Source: Lama guanicoe (taxonomy: Eukaryota). From it: 64,000 nucleotides of DNA. Below the pieces are notes generated by a model that worked only from the letters and a program-made list of their open reading frames with translations, had not been told where the DNA came from and searched no databases. Position 1 is the stretch's first letter. The number at the start of each line of letters is the position of its first letter. Location of the stretch: positions 2,374,399-2,438,398 of the forward strand of contig MU053934.1 in NCBI GenBank assembly GCA_013239625.1, written 5' to 3'. The translations under genes and the position numbers were made by a program. Positions 41,911-53,710 of the stretch are shown here, in pieces.

Positions 41911-42369
41911 AGCGCCCGCCCATTCTCAGACCAGCGCCGGCTGCGGGGCGGAGCCTGGAGAGATGGACCCGCCCCCCAGCTGTCTCACCCACTCCAGCCC
42001 GCTTCTGGTCTTGATGGACCGACATCTTGACCTGTGGGAAGGTAGTGGGCGGAGTCCATGAGGCCAGAGGGGTGGCCTCCATCTGCCCCCACTTCCACCC
42101 TCTCCACCTTCCCTCGCGCTTCCTAGGCGGGAGCCCCGCCCCCTAAGGCGGGCCCAACGAGCAGCCAGGTTCCAGGAGGAGGATTGACACAGAGAGAATC
42201 CAATCAGAGGAGGAAACTCGCAGAGGGCTCCAGGCCGGGATTTTGGTGCATTGCCTGGTCCCGGGCGAGGCCGGGCGGGAGCAAACTGGGAAGGTCCGGG
42301 GTTCTGACACCCCGCCCCACGAGCTGTTTTCCCAGACCCATGTCATCCTACCAGAACAGATATTAAGGA

Positions 42370-42379
42370 CCATATATGG
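42370..42379. promoter_or_regulatory. Perfect CArG box (SRF site) CCATATATGG
   Basis: Exact CC(A/T)6GG match about 0.45 kb upstream of exon 1. Confidence 0.65.
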
Positions 42380-44639
42380 GAAAAGTGCTATTTTATAATT
42401 AAGATGGCTTGTGGGGGCGGACACGGACTCAGCCCCGGATCCGTTGTGGGCGCCCTGCGTTCGATTTCTGATCCTCTCTTTTCAGCCGGCACGTTGCTGT
42501 CTTTCAACCTAAGACCTTTGCTCTGCCTGGAGTGCACTTCTGAGTCCCTCTTTACCTCCACGTGGTTAAGTCGCACACTTCCTTTCACATATTTGTTACA
42601 AAATATTTTCTTGGTATTTTTTAAGTAGGCAAAGCTCACTGTTTGTTGTTACCGATCACAACGAGAGGATTTAAATTTTTTTAATTTTTAAAACAGTTTT
42701 TTACATTTTAATCCATCTGGAAGTTATTTTGACTTTGGAATGAGGAAGAAATCTAATGTAGTTTTTGTAATAGCCAGTTGTCAACATACCATTTTCAATG
42801 ATTTTTGATACCATCTTCATCACCTATGGAACTCTTTTGTTCTTGGATCTGTTTCTGAGTTTCATCCATTGATGTTTCTGTGTACTAGTTACACAATACT
42901 TTAAGGATAGTAGCATTATGATATATTTTATATCTAAGAGGGCAAATTTCTCATTACTCTTTCCTTTTGAAATGTTCTTCCTATCATGACTAAACTACTC
43001 TTCCAAATGAACTTCAGAAAAAGTATGATCTAAAGGCAAGAGGAAACTAGAAAAAAGATTTTGCAATTCTGTGACAAAGAATTATTGTCAACAATATGTA
43101 AAGAGCTCTTCTACATCCGTAAGAAAACCCCCAAATACTCCAAAATTAAAGTGGGCAAATAAAGAACAGACTATTTAAAAAGAAACATATAAATGGCCAG
43201 TAATTATGAAAAGAAAATTAGTCATCTGAAATGCAAACAAAACTACAAGAGATGCCATTTTTCATCTGTCAAATTAAAATAAATAAATAAATAAAGATAT
43301 CCACTGTTAGCCAGGTTTAGAGATACAGGTGGAAAAGTAAATTGATCAGTTTTCTCTGATAATTAATCATAAAATAACAATTGGAAAAGTGCACCAAAAT
43401 GGATTTAAAAGTTCTTCTTTGCAACATCATTTATAGTTATTAAATGTTAGAAATAAATGTACACTATAAGAGATTGAATAAATTTTGATACATCCATAGG
43501 TTGAACAATACCTAGAAAGTCATTTTAAAAATGTAGATTTCTATTTGCTGATTTAAAACATAATAAATGAAGAAGAGCAAATTATAGAATGCTATTATAG
43601 TGGATTTCATTTATTTTTGTGTAATGTTTGTATGTGTGTTCTGTGTGTATGGTGTGTGTGTGTACATGTGCGCATATATCAAAGAGAGAATGAGCTTTAA
43701 AAGGCATTGTATCAAAGTATGAGTAAAGGGTATGTCTTGGCAGAGGATTATGACTGATTTTTTTTCTTTTGCTTATCTGTATTTCAAACACATATCTCAC
43801 TTCCAGAATTTTTTCAAACACGGAAGAAAAAGACTCACGCTGATGTCATCTCTTCCAAAACATCTCCTATGACTCTCCAGTCTAGTCTGGTTAGGTGCCT
43901 CCTTTGTGCTGTCACATCATCTTGAGTTTATCTCTCTCATAGCATTTTCATCGTCCATTGACTTACTGTTCCCTCTGCCCAGGCTAGGAGCTGCCTGAGG
44001 GCAGATAGGAAGTATGCCTTATTTGTTTCTGTGGACCCTGAACTAACACAAGGCTTGGCATCAAATGGTCTTTAATGGATGCTTGAACGGGACTCAGAGA
44101 GCATCTGTCTCCTTATCTGTAAAATGGATGTAATCACTGGGCCTTGCCCAGCCCACAGGACTGTTGGGAGGAACACTGGAGAAGTGGGCCTGTAGGTGTT
44201 TATAAACTGCTAAGGAGTGTGCACTTACAACAGAGCATTATTGATAATGATCATGTCCACTTTCCTCGTACTCCCAGCCTCCTAGCACCACCCTCTCCAG
44301 AAAACTGAGGTCACTAAGAAGATGGAAGGCCTCTGTCAGCCAGGCTCTAAATTCTGTCCTCTCCAGCCTGGATGCTTCCCTGACTGAGGAAGCTCTCCTG
44401 CTTGCTGTCCAGCCTAACCTTTCCTCTGTCTCCCAGAACCTGCACCCTTGATAATGTCTACTCCTGTAATATTTTAGAAAAATACTTTATCGATCTTGTC
44501 TGACTATTAAAATAGTATTATGGTTGATGGAGAAAATGCTCGAAAGAAAACAAAAATTACCCACAACCGTACGACCACAATACAGCAACCATTAACACAG
44601 CTTGTTACTGCTTTCAAATCTTTATACACACAAATGTAT

Positions 44640-46760
44640 TTAAAATAAAATTGAGAGATCCACATATATATGGTCATCCGATCTGTTACAAAGGTACCAC
44701 TGCAAATGAGTGCAGAAAAGATGGTCTTTTTAACACATGATGCTAGATCAGTCGCATATGTACATGTGGCAGCATGAATCTCGATCCCTACACTTACACT
44801 GTTGAGAGAAATAGTTCAGAATGGATCAGAGACCTAAGTGTGAAAACTAAACAACAAAACTTCTGGAAGAAAGCATGGGGAGGATGTCTTCATGACCTGG
44901 AAAGAAGCAAAAATTTCTTAAGACACACAAAGTATAAATCATAAGAAAAGATTAAGTTGAACTTCATTAAAATTAAGAACTTCACAAAAGGTATAAACCA
45001 TAAGAAAAGATTGTTAAGTTGAACTTCATAAAATTAAGAACTTCTGTTCATCAAAAGATACATTTAAAACCTTTAATTAAAAAGAATATGAAAACTAATA
45101 TATGTATGTATATGTATGCCTGGGACATTGTGCTATACACCAGAAATTGACTCATTGTAACGGACTGTACTTCAATAAAAAAATGAAATTTAAAAAAAAG
45201 ATGTATTTAAGAAAGTGAAAAATCAGACCTCAGGCTGGGAGAAAATATTTACAATACATGTATATATTGAAGGGTGTATATCCAGAATTTATCAAGAGCA
45301 TCTATTTAAGAAAAAGACAGACAACACAATTTTTTTTAATGGGTAGACTTTAATGAGTCCTACAGAAAAAAGGATAACTAGCTAGTAAGCAAATGAAAAG
45401 GTGCTAAACAGCATTAGTTATCACAGAAGGCAAGTTAAAACCACAATGAGCTAGCAGTATCCCCAACTAGAATGGCTGAAATTAAGATACCAAGTGTTTG
45501 CAAAGATGAGAGCTACTGAAACTCTCATAAATTGCTTGTGGGAATGTAAGTTTCTGCAACCACTTTGAGAAAGGGTTTGGCTGTACCTACTAAAGTTGAA
45601 TGTACTTGTATAATCTATGATCAGCATTTCTGCTCTTAAGTATATACCCAGCAGAAATGAGTGCTCAGGCCTGACAAAGGCACTTACAGAAATGTTCAGA
45701 GCAGCTTCACATAGCCAAAAACTAGGAAGAGAAAACCCTGTCAATGGTACAATGGATAAATTGAGCCTGTTCTTACAGTGGACCACCATACAGAAATAAA
45801 AAAGACCAAATTAGTGTTGTGTTTAAAAAACACAGTGACTCAAATATCCATGAACTAATGAGTGGGTAAACAAAATGTGGTATATTCCTACAATGGCATA
45901 TTACTCGGCAATAAAAAGGAATGAAGTACTAACACCTGTTACAACATAGATAACCCTTGAGAGCACTACGCTGAGTGAAAGGAGCCATTCACAGAAGACC
46001 ACACAGTATACAATGTCATGCATATGAAATGTCCAGAATAGGCATATCTATAGAGATAGAAAACAGATTAGTGGTTACCAGAGGCTGAGGGGAGGGAAGA
46101 ATAGGAATTTACTGCTAGTGGGTGTAAGGGTTTTTTGTTTTGTTTTGTTTTGTTTTTTTCTGAGACAATGAGAATCTTCTGCAATCAGATAATAGAGGTG
46201 GTTGCACAACTCTGTGACTATACTAAACAAAACCCACTGAATTGTTTAGTTTAAAGGGATGAACTTCTTGGTGCATGATTTATATCTTAATTAAGCTGTT
46301 GTGTTTTCTTTTTTTTAATGGATGAATCTCATAGACATCCCATTGAGTGAAAGAGTTTAGCTACAAAAAGAAAAGTAACTATTGTATGATTCCATTTTTG
46401 TGAAGTCCCAAAACAGATAAAATTAATCTCTAGTGACAGAAGCTGGAGTGGAGGTTCCCTTCGAAGAGAGTTGGTGAATGGGAGAGGAACGAGGAGTACA
46501 GGAGTGTTCTAATCCTGATCTAGTTGGTGGTTACACTGGGTCTACACATGTAAAATTCACTGATGTGTACACTTAAGATTCGTGTGCTGTACTGATGGTA
46601 AATTACACTTCGAGAAAAAAGGAAAATAACAAAATAAATTAGAGCAAAATGTACAACGGGCAAGGATGGATAAAAGGTATATGGGAGTCCTTTGTACTAT
46701 TCTTATAGCTTTCCTTAACTCGGTAATTATATAAAATTAAAAGTGACAAATAACATAAAA
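44640..46760 (+). mobile_element. Composite old L1M cluster (decayed ORF2 3' part and 3'UTRs, with nested insertions)
   Basis: Decayed ORF2-like stretches (ATGGATCAGAGACCTAAGTGTG, AAAATTAAGAACTTCTGTTCATCAAAAGA, GGGAGAAAATATTTACAA) and an L1MB-type 3'UTR (ATAAAAAGGAATGAAGTACT...GGTGGTTGCACAACTCTGTGA). Confidence 0.8.
45068..45195 (+). mobile_element. Younger L1 3'-end fragment nested in the old L1
   Basis: Ends CTTCAATAAAAAAA. TSD AAAAGATACATTTAA (45053-45067) / AAAAGATGTATTTAA (45196-45210). Confidence 0.75.
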
Positions 46761-46889
46761 AATAAAAGTTAAATCATACTGTATACATAGTTTTGTGTTT
46801 CTGCTAACTATTTTTCTCTTCATCCTCTTGGCCACTCATCTGCTTATAAACATACCTGGGAATTTCTCTGTCTTAAAAACAAACCAGAA

Positions 46890-47690
46890 AAAGCTTTATC
46901 CAAAATATACAAAGAACCCTTAAAACTCAACAATAAGAAGACAAACAACATGATTATAAAGCAAGACAAAGACCTGCACAGGAGAAGATATACAGAGGGC
47001 TAATAAGCATATGGAAAGGTGCTCCACATCATATGGCATCAGAGAAATGCAAATTAAAACAATAATGAGCCACCACTACACACCTATTAGAATGGCCCAA
47101 AAATCCAGAACACTGACAACACGAAATGCTGGTGAGGGTGTGGAGCAACTGGAACTCTTGTTGATTGCTGTTGGGTATGCAAAGCCACTTTGGAGGACAA
47201 TGTGGTGGTTTCTGACAAAACTAAACATACTCTCACCATATGGCCCAGCACTTGTGCTCCTAGATATTTATACAAAGTTGCTGAAAACTTATGTACACCC
47301 AAAAACCTGCACACAAGATGTCTACTGCAGCTTTACCCATAATTGCAAAATGTGAAAACAACCAAGATGTCCTTCTGTAGGTGAATGAATACGTAAACTG
47401 TTGTCCACCCAGACAGTGAAGCATTAGTGCTACAAATAAATAAACTCTTGGGCCATGAAAAGACATGGGGAAGCTTAAACAGGTATTATTGAGTGAAAGA
47501 TACCAATATGAGAAAGACTGCATACTATGTGATTCCAGCTATATGACATTCTGGTAAAGGCAAAACTATGAAGAAAGTAAAAAGATTAGTGGCTGTCAGG
47601 GGGTTGTGGGGAGAGGGAGGGCCAAACAGACAGAGCACAGAGAATTTTTAGGGCAGTGAAAACACTCTGATACTCCCACGGTGGGTGCAT
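46890..47690 (+). mobile_element. Old L1M 3' fragment
   Basis: ORF 47011-47355 retains ORF2 remnants ([26 protein letters not shown]), followed by an L1 3'UTR. Confidence 0.85.
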
Positions 47691-48099
47691 TCCTCATTCT
47701 CCCCTCCCACTCATCAGCCAATTTCTCCAAAAAGTGAGCCTTAACTCACAGCATCTGCATCAGGCCCTCAGCTACCTCACCTTGGGCCCCTCCCTTTCCC
47801 TGAAACTGCTCCTCGGCGGTCCACAGGCTGAATGCCTCACTCGGGTCTTGCCTTCCTAGACAGCATTTGAAATTGCTCAACATCCCCTCCTCCCAACACA
47901 GACTTCCCAGAAACTTCCCAGAGGGACTGGTTGCCTTTCCTGTCCTCCCTTCCATGATTGGTCCCTAGCCCAGGGTGGACACTCCGCTGGAATGCCCAGG
48001 TTTGGGCTACATCTGTTTGCTGAAGGCGGTGTTTCTTCCAATTGTTTGGTACCAGTCTTATATCTGTTGTTAACCATTTTTAATAGCATCTCTACCAGA

Positions 48100-48330
48100 G
48101 GCTCACATTTATTGAGTGATTCACCACGTGGCAGGCACTTTGCTAAGTGCTTTGTTTAAACATCATCTCATTTAAGCCTCACAATGACACCGTAAGGTTT
48201 GATATGAATATTATCCCCATTTTACAGATGAGGAAGTGGAGGCTCAGAGAAATTAAGTGACTTGCCAAGTTCACACAGCTACTAAGTGGTGGGGCCAGAG
48301 TTCAGCCCGTGTCGGTGGAGCTTCAGAGCC
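48100..48330 (-). mobile_element. Near full-length MIR
   Basis: TATTATCCCCATTTTACAGATGAGGAAGTGGAGGCTCAGAGAAATTAAGTGACTTGCCAAG core. Confidence 0.85.
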
Positions 48331-48499
48331 CACATGCCACAGACTACATCCCAGTGCCTGCTGTTTTCAGCCCTCTTCTTCTCCCTCCTAAATCTGTACC
48401 CTCTTTCCTGAGCTTTTAACCCACTCCTCCACTTTCAAACATGATACCCATGGACTTCCAAATCCATCTCTCCAACCCCAGCCTCTTCCTGATGGTCAG

Positions 48500-49655
48500 C
48501 CTTTTTTTTCTTCCCAGTTTGTTTTCATTGTGGTAGAATACATACATGACATAAAATTCACCATCTTAAATCATGTTTAAGTGTACGGTTCAGCAGCATT
48601 AAGGACATTTCTATTGTACAACCATCACTGCTATCTGTCTCCAAAATTCTTTTCATCTTGCAAAACTGAAACTCTGTACCCACTGAACAGTAACTCCCCA
48701 TCTTCTTCTCCTGCTCCACCCCACCTCCTGGAAAACCATGATTCCACTTCCTGTCTCTACGAGTTTGTCTACTCTAGGTCCATCACTCATGTAAGTGGGA
48801 CCTCGCACTATTTGTCTTTGTGAGACTCGCTTATTTCACCTGGCATAATGTCCTCAACTTTCATCCATGTTGTACGTGTCAGAATTTCCTTCTTTTTTTA
48901 ATGCTGAATAATATTCTACTGTATGCACAGACCACATTTTGCTTATCCATTCATCCACTGATGGATATTTGGTTTGCTTCCACATTTTAGCTATTGTGAC
49001 TAATACTGCTATGAACATGGATGCACAAATCTCTCTTCTCTTTTCAATTCTTTTGGGTGTGTGCTCAGAGAAAGAGTTGCTGGATCATATGGCAATTCTA
49101 TTTTTAACTTTTTAGGAAGACTAAATTGTTTTTCATAACGTCTATACATTTTACCTTCACGCTAACAATGCACAAGGATTCCAATTTGTTCACATCCTCC
49201 CTTCTACTTGTTATTTTCTGTAATAAAAAAAAAAGTATTGTCATCAAAGAAGATTATGCAACAGGAAAACAGATGAAAGGTTTTTGCTTTTGATAATAGC
49301 CATTTTAATGGGTATAAAATGGTATTTCCTTGTGGTTTTGATTTGCATTTCCCTGATGGTTAGTGAGGTTGAGCATCTTTTCATGTTCTTATTGGCCATT
49401 TGTCTATCTTTTTGGAGAAATGTCTATTCAAGTCCTTTGCCCATTTTGGGATCAAATTGTTTGGGTTTTTTTTGTTGATGAGTTGTAGGAGTACTCTGTA
49501 TATTCTGGATATTAATCCCTTATCAGATACATGATTTGCAAGTATTTCCTCCTAATCTCTGTGTTGCCTTTTTACTCTGCTGATAGTGTTTTCTGATGCA
49601 TAAAAGGTTTTTTTCCATGAAATCCAATTTGCCTATTTTTCCTTTTGTTGTATGT
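48500..49655 (-). mobile_element. Old L1M (MA/MB-type) 3' fragment
   Basis: Antisense L1 motifs GTGGTTTTGATTTGCATTTCCCTGATG, TTGGAGAAATGTCTATTCAAGTCCTTTGCCCATTTT and TATTCTGGATATTAATCCCTTATCAGATA. Confidence 0.88.
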
Positions 49656-49904
49656 GGCCTTCAGTCTTTTTTTTTTTTAATCCACACAATTTTTTTATGC
49701 TAAAAATAATACATCCTAGACTAAATATAGGAAATCTTGGGAAGGATATGCAAGAAGTAACACTGACTGTTCTTAGAAGAACTGGGTGTCTGGGAAATAG
49801 GGGTGGGAGAATTTTCACTGAGAAAAACCTTTATAGCTCTTAAATTTAGACTTATATGAATGTATTATCTATTTAAATAAATCAAATATAAAAATACATC
49901 CTAA

Positions 49905-50080
49905 ATTTCAGGGAACTATATTCAATATTTTGTAGTAATCTATAATGGAAAAGAATCTGAAAACGAATATATATTTGTGTATGTATAGCTGAGTCATGAA
50001 ACACCTGAACAGTTTCATTGTCCATCAACTTTACTACAATAAAAGTTTTAAAAATATGCTAAAATTAACATATAAACATA
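49905..50080 (+). mobile_element. L1 3'UTR fragment
   Basis: CAGGGAACTATATTCAATATTTTGTAGTAATCTATAATGGAAAAGAATCTGAAAA...CAATAAAAG, related to the 3'UTR at 22410-22560. Confidence 0.7.
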
Positions 50081-50094
50081 AAATAATACATCCT

Positions 50095-50238
50095 CATTTT
50101 TAAAATTTTATTATTTTTTTCTTTTGGGGGGAGGGAGGTAATTAGGTTTATTTATTTATTTGGAGGTACTGAGTGTTGAACCCAAGGCCTTCTGTATGCT
50201 AAGTAGGCACTCTACTACTGAGCTATGCCCTGCCCACC
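50095..50238 (-). mobile_element. tRNA-derived SINE (Vic-1-like)
   Basis: GGTAATTAGGTTTATTTATTTATTTGGAGGTACTGAGTGTTGAACCC...CTCTACTACTGAGCTAT. Flanks CATCCTCATTTTT / CATCCCCATTTTT. Confidence 0.85.
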
Positions 50239-52064
50239 TCATCCCCATTTTTTTAAAGTTAGAAAATATTTTAAAGCGTGAAGAAAAACATTGAGATCAC
50301 TTCCAGTTTTATTACTCAAGATTCTTGGTCTGTTTCCCCTATTGTTCAGTTGTCTAACGATGTGGTTCTTGCCAAACCTGTCTGCACACCTGACTCCCAG
50401 CTCTGCTCACGTTGCCGGCCTCTTCAGGCCAACCAGACTCAAACCCAGACGCCTCCCCCACGCCCTTGTCCTTTCTTGTCCCTCACTCCCCTCACCACCA
50501 CCTTACCCAGTCTCCCTTTCCTTCTCCCTGGCATCTCATTGGTCTCTGGCCCTTAGCCCTGCCTCCTCTCCTCCAGACCTTGACCCGAGCTTCCCAGCAG
50601 GACCCTCCCCGACTTCCACTGGTATTTTCTGCATCCTGAGACCGAGGTCCTGAAGCCTAGCTACGCGTATCAGCTCAGCACAGACTTACTGAACCCTGAT
50701 TCTGTGCCAGGCATGGAGCTGAGCACTTGGCACATACATTGCCTCATTCCATCCTCATCTCAGTCTATTGATGTGGCTACTATTAATCTCCCACATCTTC
50801 CAGATGAGGAATCCGAGGCTCAGGGGAGTCGAGTCATTTGCCCAAGATTATACTAGCTCCCTCAGGGCCGGTGACAGCACTGTGGTTATTGTCAGTTCAG
50901 TACTCTCAACAACCCAGTCGTCATGACTTTTTTCTCCTCATTTTACAGAGGAGATAACTGGAGCACAGAATGTTAAGTAGCTTGATCAAGGTCGTTCAGC
51001 TAATATAGGTGGCGAGGCTGAGATTTGAACCTAGGTACGCTCACTGCACAAAATCTAAAACCTCTCAGCTGGCTGCATCATCTCAGTAGACTCAGCCCAT
51101 ACCCTCAAAGAGCCGAGACTACAGCCTGCCCCTCTCTGGCCAAAACCCTTTGCAGTGCTTTCCTTGTGAAGCCCAGACTCCTAGGTGGATCTCCTGGGCT
51201 TCATGCAATTATCTCCAGCCTCCTGATAAGGCCTGTCACCCCTTGGTCCTCTGCGGGGATCTACCCCCCAAGCAGCAGCAGCTCACTGTGCTCTGAATCT
51301 GCCCACTCTACGAACTGGCCACTGTCACACCACTGCTTTCGTACCTTCTGCGACCATTCTGCCCACCGACCGCCCCCTCATCCAGCAAGACCCCGACCCC
51401 TCCCAGGACTGTTCCCCTCCCTCTGACCTGTGGCATCCTCTGCCGACACTTCTCTCTTTCCGCCTGGGTCACAATCCAGACTCCACCACCTATGGAAACT
51501 GTCTGTGCCTCAGTGTCCTCTTTTGTGAAAGGGAGGTGATGACAGTCCTTTAGAAGCTTGGGTTGTTGTGAGGATGCAACGACATCGTATGTGTCAAACA
51601 GCGACATGCGTCAGCACAGAGTAAGTGCCAAAGGGTGTTTGCTATTATGATGCTGATCCTGAGTCTTCTTTCTTACTTCCTCTAGGAGGTTCATTTTTAT
51701 TCCCCAAATATTTCTGGAGGGTATATTTTCTGCCAGACCCTGTGCCAGGTGTGAGATCTGGCGATGGACCACTTGCAATCTCTGCCCCGAAGATGCTCTG
51801 ATGCTAACAGAACAGCCCGGTAAGTGCGTAAGTGCGGTGAAGAGTAAGCACTGCAGGGGTGCTGGCAGGGCAGAAGGGGGGCATCTAGGTGAAAGGGGAG
51901 GAGAAGGTCATTCTGGGCAGGAAACCTGGACCCGAGGCCCAGTGGAGAGGAGACACATACTGTGCAGGACTCTGAGCAGCTCAGTGTCTGGGTGGGAAGG
52001 GTCAAGGAGGCAGGAGGGGTAGGAAGGGGCAAGGACATGCTGCAGAAACTGAGGTCCTTGGACG

Positions 52065-52200
52065 GGCAGCCTGGCAGCACCAGCCTCACCTGGGAGCTTG
52101 TTAGAAGTCTCAGGACCCAGCCCAGACCACGGACTCCAATCTGCATGCTAACAAGCCCCCTAGGGAGTTTGCATCCTCTTAAAGTGGGGCGAACGCTGGA
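52065..52200. mobile_element. MER5A-like DNA transposon relic
   Basis: CAGCCTCACCTGGGAGCTTGTTAGAA...AATCTGCATGCTAACAAG. Confidence 0.6.
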
Positions 52201-52530
52201 CTAATCAGAAGGTGTCCTGTGGTCCTGCTGAGGAGTTTCCACTCCATCAGACCTCGGAAACCCTGGGGAGATTCTCATTAAATCAATATCTCAGGCGGCG
52301 GATCCTGAGCACCTCTATTTTATACATGTGTTACACATTCGGCAAGTGATTACTGAGCACAGGCCATGCCTTCTCCTTCCCTGGAATGGCACTCAGGGCC
52401 CCTCTCTTAGCATGCACTCAACAAACATCATTCCGTGAATCTGGTGCACTGGCTCCCAAGTTCTCATTTACATTTTCGGCCCCGGGCCCACCCTAGTCTT
52501 CATGCCGTCACTCAAAGCGCCACACTTAGC

Positions 52531-52685
52531 AGGGAGGGTATAGTTCAAGTGGTAGAGTGCATGCTTAGCATGCACAAAGTCCTGGGCTCAATCCCCAGTA
52601 CTGCCTCTAAAAATAAAGAAATAAGCCTAATTATCTCCCCGCCCCCAAAAAAACTAAATGAAAAAAGAAAAAGTTAAAAATAAAA
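52531..52685 (+). mobile_element. tRNA-derived SINE (Vic-1-like)
   Basis: GGGAGGGTATAGTTCAAGTGGTAGAGTGCATGCTTAGCATGCACAAAGTCCTGGGCTCAATCCCCAGTAC followed by an A-rich tail. Confidence 0.88.
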
Positions 52686-52710
52686 TGCTGTGGTGGGCAA
52701 AGAAAAAAAA

Positions 52711-52872
52711 AACTTACCTGGCAGGGGAGACACCATGATCACAAAGGTGGTTTTCCCGGGGCGAGGCTTACCCATTGTACTCCGGACGTGCTGACCCCTG
52801 CGATGTCCCCCAATGTGGGAAACTTGACTGCATGATTTGCGGTAGTAGGGGACCACGTTTGTGTGTTCCCCT
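52711..52872 (+). pseudogene. RNU1: Processed full-length U1 snRNA pseudogene
   Basis: ACTTACCTGGCAGGGGAGACACCATGATCACAAAGGTGGTTTTCCC...GCTGACCCCTGCGAT...TTCCCCT is collinear with U1. The Sm site (GATTTGCGG), U1A loop (ATTGTAC) and 70K loop (GATCACAAAG) are mutated. An A tail follows and no PSE is visible upstream. Confidence 0.93.
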
Positions 52873-53279
52873 TAAAAAAATAAAAGATCCACACTTCCTC
52901 CCTTCCTCTTGCAGCTTTGAGGGTGGTGATTCCTTCAGGAGGCCTCTCAGATGCTCCCACCTGGTACAGAGGTCCTCCTCTCTGCTCCCATAGCATCCTG
53001 GGCTCGTTTCTGTCGTAGCACCCTCCGGCCGCCTCCAAACAAAGAGCCAGGAGCTTCCTATGCACAGATCAATGCTTCGTTTGTGCCTGTACGCCCAGGA
53101 TCTGGCACGGTGAAATGTTTGTGGAGTGAATGAACAAACAAATAAGCTAATAAAAATTAAAATACGAAGAGATGTGAAAGCAAGACACCAACGCTAGATA
53201 ATACAGTTATTCAGCTGTGCTTGTCCCCTGGTGTCTTTCCAGAAATGGGTGCTGGACAATAAATAAATAACCATGCTTC

Positions 53280-53710
53280 TGTTTTTCTGAAGAGCTTTCG
53301 TGGGATATAAGTCACATACCTTTCACCCATTTAAAGTGTACAATTCAGTGGTTTTAAGTACAATCACAGGGTTGTGCAATCCTCACCGCTGTTTAATTCC
53401 GGAACATTTTCACCACTCCAAAGGAGCCCCGTATCTACCAGCAGCCACTCCCTATGTCTCCCAACCTCCTCCCCCTGCCCTCGGCAACCACTAATCTACT
53501 GTCTGTCTCTAGAGATGTGCCTATTCGGGACATTTCATATAGATGGAATCAATCATACAATGTGTGGTCCTTTGTGTCTGGCTTCTTTCACTTATCACAA
53601 GTGTTCAAGGTTCATTTATGCTGTAACATGTATCCTCACTTCATTCCTTCTGTCGCTGAATGATAGTCCACTGGACAGATGTACCACGTTTTGTTCATTC
53701 ACTCATCAGA
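53280..53710 (-). mobile_element. L1MB-type 3'UTR fragment
   Basis: TTCACCCATTTAAAGTGTACAATTCAGTGGTTTT...GGCAACCACTAATCTACT...TCTGGCTTCTTTCACTTA. Confidence 0.82.

Larger units (their letters stand above)
40640..42500. promoter_or_regulatory. CpG island / TATA-less MYH9 promoter
   Basis: Very high GC and CpG density around exon 1, multiple GC boxes (GGGCGG/CCGCCC) and a CCAAT at 42200-42204. Confidence 0.9.

Noticed and set aside
41100..42061. 199-229 aa ORFs in the CpG island
   Set aside because: These are low-complexity Arg/Pro/Gly/Ala ORFs expected from stop-poor GC-rich DNA, and they overlap non-coding exon 1.
52711..52872. Functional U1 snRNA gene
   Set aside because: No PSE, DSE or 3' box is visible, an A tail is present, and the Sm site and protein-binding loops are mutated.
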